Part shown: positions 29,515-36,445 of the stretch, in pieces
Numbering within the stretch: the stretch's first letter is position 1
Layout: the number at the start of each line of letters is the position of its first letter
Source: Bacteroidota bacterium
Lineage (GTDB): Bacteria; Bacteroidota; Bacteroidia; Bacteroidales; FEN-979
NCBI GenBank assembly: GCA_037133475.1
Contig: JBAXOB010000017.1
Coordinates: 5,092 to 69,091, forward strand
DNA: 64,000 nt
Direction of reading: 5' to 3'
Notes under the pieces: generated by a model
Told to the model about the DNA's origin: nothing
The model's database searches: none
Seen by the model: only the letters and a program-made list of their open reading frames with translations
Program-made: the position numbers and the translations under genes

Positions 29515-30501
29515 TTAATAACTGCGGTGATCCAACAGGTATCCCTGCACATATTCTTCCACTGCTGATTCGAGTGAATGGAAGGGCTTGGAATACCCGG
29601 TACGGATGAGTTTTTCCATCTTCGCCTCTGTGAAATACTGGTATTTGTCGCGGATGTCGGCCGGGGTATCGACAAATTCGATGGCAGGAGGGATGTTGAG
29701 TGCCGAAAACACCGCGGTTGCCAGGTCCAGAAAGGTACGGGCTTTCCCGGTTCCAAGGTTATAGATCCCTGAGCCGGAGGGAAGGCTCATCAGGAAATAG
29801 ATCACATCGGTCACATCTTTTACGTAGATAAAATCACGGAGCTGCTCTCCGTCCCTGAAGTCCGGGTTGTGGGATCTGAACAGCTTTACAATGCCATGAT
29901 CATGGTTTCCCGGTCCTTTATAAACCTGGTTGAATGCGTGAAAAACCACCGAAGCCATCCGCCCCTTATGGTATTCGTTCGGACCGAATACATTGAAAAA
30001 TTTCAACCCGAACCAGCGAGGCGGCGCTTTCTCCTGCTGCAGCGCCCACTTGTCAAAATCGTTCTTCGACACGCCGTATGGGTTCAGCGGCCTTAGGTTG
30101 AAGCTGAGCGAATCATCGAGATCGCTGTAACCCAGCTGACCATCGCCGTAGGTTGCGGCGGAGGAGGCGTATATCAGGGGAATTCCCGCATTGCTGCAGG
30201 CATCCCACACCTTTTTCGAGTAATTAAGGTTGAGTTCGTCAAAGACCGGCTTACTGAACTCCGTCGTATCCGTGCGGGCTCCCATATGAATGACAATCTC
30301 CACCTCATGAGCATGTTTATCAAGCCAATGGAAAAATTCACCGCGTTCAATTTTTGCCAGGAAACTTTTATGCAGCGTATTCGGATCTTTTACTGTTTTT
30401 GAGAAATCATCAACAAGGATAATGTCTTTGATTCCCTTGTTATTGAGCTTGCTAACCATGCAGCTCCCGATAAAGCCTGCAGCGCCTGTAACTACGATCA
30501 T
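29515..30501 (-). CDS. hldD: ADP-L-glycero-D-manno-heptose 6-epimerase (SDR family)
   Basis: Begins MIVVTGAAGFIGS (Rossmann GxxGxxG). Contains YASSAATYG, HKGRMASVVFH, NLGTGKARTF and YQYFTEAKMEKLIRTGYSKPF. It is collinear with my recollection of E. coli HldD/RfaD. Confidence 0.75.
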   Translation of the reverse strand: MIVVTGAAGFIGSCMVSKLNNKGIKDIILVDDFSKTVKDPNTLHKSFLAKIERGEFFHWLDKHAHEVEIVIHMGARTDTTEFSKPVFDELNLNYSKKVWDACSNAGIPLIYASSAATYGDGQLGYSDLDDSLSFNLRPLNPYGVSKNDFDKWALQQEKAPPRWFGLKFFNVFGPNEYHKGRMASVVFHAFNQVYKGPGNHDHGIVKLFRSHNPDFRDGEQLRDFIYVKDVTDVIYFLMSLPSGSGIYNLGTGKARTFLDLATAVFSALNIPPAIEFVDTPADIRDKYQYFTEAKMEKLIRTGYSKPFHSLESAVEEYVQGYLLDHRSY

Positions 30502-30600
30502 ACCTTCGATACTTTTTCACAAAAATAGGTAATCTGAATTGCAAATTGTCAGGATTTATCATTTTCTGAGTACTTTTACATGCAATAAAAAGCGACAAAT

Positions 30601-31224
30601 ATGAAAAAATCGAATTTGCTTCCTGGCACTGGAATCGTTATCCTCCTGTTTGTCAGTATGATGGTGTTTCCATTGGTCATGACCGCACAGGATAAGGGTA
30701 CCTTTACCGACAGCCGTGACGGCCGGGTTTACGCCTGGGTAAAAATCGGCACCCAGACCTGGATGGCGGAGAACCTGAAATTCGATGCAAAAGTTGGAAG
30801 CTGGACCTATAATAACGATACGGCAAATCTCGCGGTTTACGGCCGGCTCTACAACTGGAAAACTGCCCAGGCAGCCTGTCCGAAAGGCTGGCATGTCCCT
30901 TCCGACAAGGAGTGGGGCGCCCTGATCCAGACCCTGGGCGGAGGTGCCGAAGCTGGTGGCAAAATGATCAGGATGGATACCGTGGTTAAGGTTAACCGCA
31001 ATATAAATGCCAACAACCCGGGAACTTTTTCATCCCTGCTGAGCGGCATCCGTCACCCGGATGGCTCCTGCATCGGTATCAATTTCTGGGGCGGCTGCTG
31101 GTCTTCCACGAAAATAAATGACAGCACCTCCAACAACGTATTGTTCGCGCACGGTCGGAAAGATCTTGATGTGAGCTCAAACGATAAAAACGCCGGGTTT
31201 TCGGTAAGATGTATCAAAAAGTAA
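30601..31224 (+). CDS. Secreted Fibrobacter succinogenes major paralogous domain (FISUMP, TIGR02145-like) protein
   Basis: Signal peptide, then FTDSRDGRVYAWVKIGTQTWMAENLKF, GRLYNWKTAQAACPKGWHVPSDKEWGAL and C-terminal GFSVRCIKK. These are classic signatures of this family. Confidence 0.8.
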   Translation: MKKSNLLPGTGIVILLFVSMMVFPLVMTAQDKGTFTDSRDGRVYAWVKIGTQTWMAENLKFDAKVGSWTYNNDTANLAVYGRLYNWKTAQAACPKGWHVPSDKEWGALIQTLGGGAEAGGKMIRMDTVVKVNRNINANNPGTFSSLLSGIRHPDGSCIGINFWGGCWSSTKINDSTSNNVLFAHGRKDLDVSSNDKNAGFSVRCIKK

Positions 31225-31287
31225 GGATGGGCGGCACTGCATGCCGGCAGTCATAACCCTGAACAACAATCGCAATTTGATCAGAAG

Positions 31288-31821
31288 ATGTCAGAAACAA
31301 TATTAGGAATAGGTTCCCGGATCAAACACCCTCAATTCGGGAAGGGGGTGGTCATACAGGTGCGTTCGGATGCATACGAGATCACCTTCATCGAGCACGG
31401 CACCCGGAAAATTCTCCGCGAATTTGAGGGACTTGAAACCATCGAGGCGGTGGATACGCCAACCGAAATGGTTACTTACGAAAAGATTGAAAAGAGTCTC
31501 ATCAGGGTATTGCAGCGTTTCAGCGATCTTCACGAGGCCGTGCCCCTGGGCGTCAAATGGACAGGCGGCAAGATCATCATGGTTCCCGGCGACCCGGGAC
31601 TGAAGGAGAAAGAGGTACCCATGGAGACCTTTTTTCATAAAATTGTCATGGTCCGCGACAGGCTCAGGGTGCTGGAACAGAAATTAAATGCCAGTGAACT
31701 CACCGACCAGGAAAAGGTTGACATGCAGCAGTACATCACGCGCATATATGGAAGCCTTACCACCTTTAACGTCCTGTTTAAAAACAAGGATGACCAGTTC
31801 GAAGGCGAACGCGGGGTCTGA
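31288..31821 (+). CDS. Hypothetical protein (177 aa)
   Basis: Clean ORF in an otherwise empty gap. The N-terminal GSRIKHPQFGKGVVIQV resembles the small Tudor-like DUF3553-type motif. The rest is predicted helical. No family was recognised. Confidence 0.6.
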   Translation: MSETILGIGSRIKHPQFGKGVVIQVRSDAYEITFIEHGTRKILREFEGLETIEAVDTPTEMVTYEKIEKSLIRVLQRFSDLHEAVPLGVKWTGGKIIMVPGDPGLKEKEVPMETFFHKIVMVRDRLRVLEQKLNASELTDQEKVDMQQYITRIYGSLTTFNVLFKNKDDQFEGERGV

Positions 31822-31893
31822 ACATCACGTCAGAAACGGCAGCAAAATTAATCCGGGAAACCGTCACCCTCCGCCTGCCATATCAGGCAAGCA

Positions 31894-33192
31894 TTACTTC
31901 CAGAACCCCATCAGCTCATCCAGGCTCTCACGCTCTTTCAGGATTTCAAACTGATGGTCGCGATACCCCACGATCCGTGGTGTCTGGCGGCTGTTGTACC
32001 GCGACCACATGCTGAAGGTATAACCGCCGGTATCGTGGATAACCAGGTAATCGCCCTCTTCGACCTCGGGCAGTTTCACCTCTTTTGCAATAATATCGCC
32101 TGAAAAGCATAAAGGACCGGCCAGGTTCCAGGTTGATTCGCTGGTTCCCGTTTTTAACTGGCCTTCCCGGTTATAGACGCTGTATTCATGATGCCAGTCG
32201 CGCGGGTTGAGGCATTCCCTTACGAAAAGGTCGGCGCCGACATGAAGCATGGCCGTGTTGATGTTTGCCTCATGCTTCACATATTCTACCCTGCTGACGG
32301 TCCATCCGCAGTTGGTATAGACCCACCTGCCGAACTCGGTGATCAGTTTGAAACTGGATGGGTCAAACAGCAGGGGAGCGCGTTCAGCAATTTTTTCGGC
32401 ATAGTCTTTCATGGATGGGGGGAAAATCCCATCGATATACGAGATGGGCAGTCCTCCGCCGATATCAAAAACCGAAACCGGCGCCATACCTGTTGACTTT
32501 CTCTTTGCATTTATTTCAAGAACCAGGTCGTAAAGAATGCCGATACCCTCAACGAGCATACCGGTGGAGCATCCCTGGGAACCAACGTGGAGGTGGATGC
32601 CGGTAAGCCAGGGACAGGCCAGGTAGGCGGATTCAATTTCGTTGCGCCTGGCATTCACCGGCACGCCAAATTTCGAATAGACTCCTGCAACACTCGATTC
32701 CAGGATGGTTCCCAGCCCAATCTGCGGATTTATCCGCAGACCGATTGACCCGGCATATCCTGCCGCAGTTTCCATAGTTGGCATTAATTCCGCGATGCGG
32801 GCCAGTTCTGAAAAATTGTCAACATTGATATTAATCCCGGTTTTCAGTGCGAAGGCCAGCTCCTGAACGGTTTTAACCGGCGAGTCGTAGACGACCTGGC
32901 AGGGCTGGTACCCCGCTTTCAAGGCCATGGTCACCTCGCCGAGAGAGGCAGCTTCCACACCTGTGTTTGAGGCCACCGAACGGGTGAGCTCCATGATCCT
33001 GAACAGCGGATTTGCCTTGATTGCCAGGCCGTGGAGGGCATTGGGAGGGAAGCATGACGACAGCATACTGATGCGTTCTTCCAGAAGACGGAGATCATAA
33101 AGGATAACGGCTGTATCCTCTTCGCGGACCATGCCGCATAAGAGGGCGGCACCGAGCGTATCCCCCGTTTCAGCAACCCTGTTTTTCTTCAT
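31894..33192 (-). CDS. Type III (alanine racemase fold) PLP-dependent decarboxylase, Orn/DAP/Arg decarboxylase family
   Basis: Contains LAIKANP (PLP lysine context), GIHLHVGSQG, FDIGGGLPISY, LAGPLCFSGD and HDTGGYTFSMWSRYNSR. Substrate cannot be assigned from sequence alone (LysA, carboxynorspermidine decarboxylase or other). Confidence 0.75.
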   Translation of the reverse strand: MKKNRVAETGDTLGAALLCGMVREEDTAVILYDLRLLEERISMLSSCFPPNALHGLAIKANPLFRIMELTRSVASNTGVEAASLGEVTMALKAGYQPCQVVYDSPVKTVQELAFALKTGININVDNFSELARIAELMPTMETAAGYAGSIGLRINPQIGLGTILESSVAGVYSKFGVPVNARRNEIESAYLACPWLTGIHLHVGSQGCSTGMLVEGIGILYDLVLEINAKRKSTGMAPVSVFDIGGGLPISYIDGIFPPSMKDYAEKIAERAPLLFDPSSFKLITEFGRWVYTNCGWTVSRVEYVKHEANINTAMLHVGADLFVRECLNPRDWHHEYSVYNREGQLKTGTSESTWNLAGPLCFSGDIIAKEVKLPEVEEGDYLVIHDTGGYTFSMWSRYNSRQTPRIVGYRDHQFEILKERESLDELMGFWK

Positions 33193-33219
33193 TTCAGCTA
33201 CCGGGATTAATTGTCGGGA

Positions 33220-34032
33220 CTAGGTTGTCATTTCGCTGATCAGCCCTTTTTCGGTCGCGATCTTTTGCAATTTTGCCAAAGCAACCCTGCCTCCGGTACC
33301 GAGGCTCAGCGTGTTGTCGTTGACATACAACCCGATATGTTTTTTCATAACCTCTTCATCCATCTCCTGTGCATGTTTTTTCACGAACGGCATGGCTGCT
33401 TCAGGATGTTTGAAGGCATATTCGACACTGCGGAACATCACGCGGTTCAGCTTGTTGATAATGTCATAACCAAGACCTTTGCGCGCGATGATGCCGCCAA
33501 GGGGAATGGGAGAGCCTGTAAGTTTTTCCCAGAAACTGCCCAGGTCGGTGATCTTTTTCAACCCCCGCTGCTCATAAGTAAACCGGTTTTCATGGATGAT
33601 CACCCCCGCGTCGACCTTGCCGGTCAGGATGGCATCTTCAATTTCGGAAAAGAGCATGAACTTCTTGTTGGAAGCTCCCGGAGCCGCAATCCTGAACAAC
33701 ATGTGTGCGGTGGTGAACATGCCCGGTATGGCAACGCAAAGACCGGGAACATCATCAAGGGTATATTCGTTCTTACTGATCAGCAGCGGACCGTTGCCAA
33801 ACCCCATGGCACTGCCGGAATCAAGCAGGATGAAATCCTGTTGCAGCATCAGGTAGGTGAAAAAGCTTACCTTGATCACATCCAGGCCGCCATCCATGGC
33901 TTTATGGTTGAGGGTTTCCACATCGTGAAGCTGAATATTGAAGTTGAGCCCTTCCAGGTCAATCCGCTTATGGATGATAGCGTCAAAAATAAAGGTGTCG
34001 TTTGGACAGGGCGAGATCGCGAGGGACAACAT
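33220..34032 (-). CDS. mqnD: 1,4-dihydroxy-6-naphthoate synthase (futalosine pathway)
   Basis: The N-terminus MLSLAISPCPNDTFIFDAIIHKRIDLEGL carries the SPCPNDTF signature of the MqnD branch of the MqnA/MqnD (PF02621) family. Length is 270 aa. Confidence 0.75.
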   Translation of the reverse strand: MLSLAISPCPNDTFIFDAIIHKRIDLEGLNFNIQLHDVETLNHKAMDGGLDVIKVSFFTYLMLQQDFILLDSGSAMGFGNGPLLISKNEYTLDDVPGLCVAIPGMFTTAHMLFRIAAPGASNKKFMLFSEIEDAILTGKVDAGVIIHENRFTYEQRGLKKITDLGSFWEKLTGSPIPLGGIIARKGLGYDIINKLNRVMFRSVEYAFKHPEAAMPFVKKHAQEMDEEVMKKHIGLYVNDNTLSLGTGGRVALAKLQKIATEKGLISEMTT

Positions 34033-34110
34033 GGCATTAATGGTTTTGTATAGTATTGAATTAGATCAATTCTGGCAGAAGATTTCCGGGATTTTATTCC
34101 CGAAAGATAG

Positions 34111-34118
34111 CAAAGATA
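34111..34118 (-). promoter_or_regulatory. Candidate -7 promoter box (TATCTTTG) for mqnD
   Basis: The minus strand reads TATCTTTG, an exact TAnnTTTG match, in the 170-bp AT-rich gap, ~78 nt upstream of the mqnD ATG. Confidence 0.25.
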
Positions 34119-34202
34119 AATACAAAATCGCAGTCCTGTTAATAAATTAACATGAGATTTATAAGTAGAAATCTTAATAAATATCAACGGAATAACGGGG
34201 AA

Positions 34203-34910
34203 TTATCTTTCTCCGGAATGGGAAGTGGCCAGATCCCATAACACTTTATTCAGGTTTTTCAGGGCAAGGGCGAGATTCCACCGCGATTTGTCGCGCTCTT
34301 CAACGAGGTTGGAGATGGCTCTCAGCTGCAGGCAGGGGATTTTTTCAGAGAGACAGCAATAGAGGAATGCTGCGCCCTCCATACTTTCCAGGTCGGCAGC
34401 GGAGAGTTGCCGGATCCTGGAAATGCTGTCAGGGTTGCCCCGCACTGTGTTGGAGGTAATTCCTTTGACCTTCGGCAATTTGCTGACCGGAGCCAGGTTT
34501 ACCAGGGCGGCTTCGTCAATTGAATCATTGATCAGCCTGCCGCCCTGGTAAGGACGACTGTCAGGGTCGGCCAGACCGAGGTCGAAGACGGAAAGAAAAT
34601 GATCGCCGTCTTCGGCGCCGAGTTCCGGGATGCAGTCCTCCACCACATTCACCACCGACCCAATCACCAACGATTTATTGAAGGTACCTGCTATCCCGGC
34701 ATTCAGGGCAAGGTGGTAATGTTCCGTTGCCAGTTGTTTCCCGAGAAACCAGGAGGTTGGGACCATTCCAACCCCGGTAATCAGCACATCGACGGTCACC
34801 TCCTTATACTGGTAGCGTGAAACATGTTCGCTGATGATACTGACTAACGGGATCTTTTCCAGGAATGGCCTGATTTCAAAGGTAGTGGCAGCAACAAGAA
34901 GGATTCTCAT
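34203..34910 (-). CDS. mqnB: Futalosine hydrolase (PNP/UDP nucleosidase fold)
   Basis: Begins MRILLVAATTFEIRPF. At 235 aa it fits the nucleosidase family. The context includes mqnD and an Mqn radical SAM enzyme. The start overlaps the upstream MFS stop by 4 nt (ATGA). Confidence 0.6.
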   Translation of the reverse strand: MRILLVAATTFEIRPFLEKIPLVSIISEHVSRYQYKEVTVDVLITGVGMVPTSWFLGKQLATEHYHLALNAGIAGTFNKSLVIGSVVNVVEDCIPELGAEDGDHFLSVFDLGLADPDSRPYQGGRLINDSIDEAALVNLAPVSKLPKVKGITSNTVRGNPDSISRIRQLSAADLESMEGAAFLYCCLSEKIPCLQLRAISNLVEERDKSRWNLALALKNLNKVLWDLATSHSGER

Positions 34911-36340
34911 TCCTGCGGTCGTTTGTTGTACTTCGTGCCGTATTCCAGACCATGTGCGTTGGGGCCCTTTTCATTCCTGCGCAGCATAAAGGCAAAGAAC
35001 AATCCGAAGAAGCCCAGGCTGCTGAAGATCCACATGCCGACATGATAACCTCCGGGATTGGCTGCGCTTGCCCCGGCACTGTCATTGGCCCAGCCGATCA
35101 TCAGGTTGAACCCTGCAAGACCTATGTTCTGGATCATGGTCATCAATCCATAGGCCGTGCCCAGTTTGGAATGATCTACGATCAGCGCCACAGAGGGCCA
35201 CATGATGGCCGGGATCAGGGAGAAGGCGATACCCATGACGACCATCGGGATGGCGATGTTGGGGAAATAGATGAACAGCGCACTGATCAGGTGCCAGAAA
35301 TAAACTACCCCGCCAATGAATCCGGTGCTCTGGTCGGCAGTTGAAAAGAGGTCAATGACCGTCTTGGGTAATGCGACCGTGCGGGTGACATAGGCCATTA
35401 CAAGGTAAACAGGAATGATCAGCATTGAACCGAACATCATCAGCAGGGAACGTTTGCCGATTTTATCCGACAGCAAGCCGAACATGGGGGTGAGGATCAT
35501 GGCGGAGAGGGTCAGCAGGCTGGAAAGGAACCCGCCCATACCGCGGGCGACATCGTCCGGAAAACCGGCAAGATGCACATCCTTGAAGAACTTGACGGCG
35601 AAGGTCTGGAAAGGGAACATGGCCGAATAGAAGGTGATGCATAACAGGGTAATGAACCAGAAGGATTTACCGAATTTGAACAGGTCTCTCAGGACTACCT
35701 TATCCTGGCTGCCCTCTTTTTGGAGCGCATAGTTCTTTTCCGAATAGATATCGATCAGGTAATAAACTGCCAGGGTTGTCACTGCGATAACACCGGCGCC
35801 CACGGCAATCCACAAGGGCTTTTGCCAGTCGGCAAACAATGATTTTCCCCAGGTGGGTGAGTTCAGCGCCAGAAAGGAACCCAGCCGGGCAATGGTGAGA
35901 TTGAGTCCGAAGGCAAAGGAAAGTTCCTTTCCTTTGAACCAGCGCGCGAGGATGGTGGTGATCCCGACAATCATGGATTCGGCGCCCAGGCCAAAGATCA
36001 ACCGGCCCGTTGCCATAAAAACAATATCTCCTTTTATGGTCGTAAAGAGGGCGCCGATAAAGACCAGGCAGGCGAAAATCATGACCGCCTTTTTGGTGCC
36101 GATTTTATCGATGATGATTCCACCGATCAGGACCATGAAAATGTTGGGGATGCTGTAAATCCCCTGGAGCAGTCCAAGGTTTGCATCGGTGAAATGAAGC
36201 TGTGCCTTTAACACATCAGCCAGGGGGCTGATGCAGTCGTAAATGTAGTAGTTGCCGAACATGGCAAGGCTGATGAAAATCAGCACGATCCAGCGCAGTA
36301 TTGCTGGCGGGTCTTTCTTCGTAGTTAATGTCTGGGTCAT
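34907..36340 (-). CDS. MFS transporter (12-TM type)
   Basis: 477 aa with multiple hydrophobic spans and MFS-like loops (GGIIIDKIGTKK). It is translationally coupled to mqnB. Confidence 0.8.
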   Translation of the reverse strand: MTQTLTTKKDPPAILRWIVLIFISLAMFGNYYIYDCISPLADVLKAQLHFTDANLGLLQGIYSIPNIFMVLIGGIIIDKIGTKKAVMIFACLVFIGALFTTIKGDIVFMATGRLIFGLGAESMIVGITTILARWFKGKELSFAFGLNLTIARLGSFLALNSPTWGKSLFADWQKPLWIAVGAGVIAVTTLAVYYLIDIYSEKNYALQKEGSQDKVVLRDLFKFGKSFWFITLLCITFYSAMFPFQTFAVKFFKDVHLAGFPDDVARGMGGFLSSLLTLSAMILTPMFGLLSDKIGKRSLLMMFGSMLIIPVYLVMAYVTRTVALPKTVIDLFSTADQSTGFIGGVVYFWHLISALFIYFPNIAIPMVVMGIAFSLIPAIMWPSVALIVDHSKLGTAYGLMTMIQNIGLAGFNLMIGWANDSAGASAANPGGYHVGMWIFSSLGFFGLFFAFMLRRNEKGPNAHGLEYGTKYNKRPQE

Positions 36341-36445
36341 GGATCTTTAGGTTTCGGATATGATTTTTCTCAGGGCATAAAAGTAGCTTTTTTTAACATA
36401 CCTGAAAACATTACCTTTGTATTTTCAAAATGTAATTTTGCACCT

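Noticed and set aside
33211-34053. A 280-aa plus-strand ORF covering mqnD.
   Set aside because: It is antisense to an ORF with the clear MqnD signature SPCPNDTF, and its own translation has no recognisable features.
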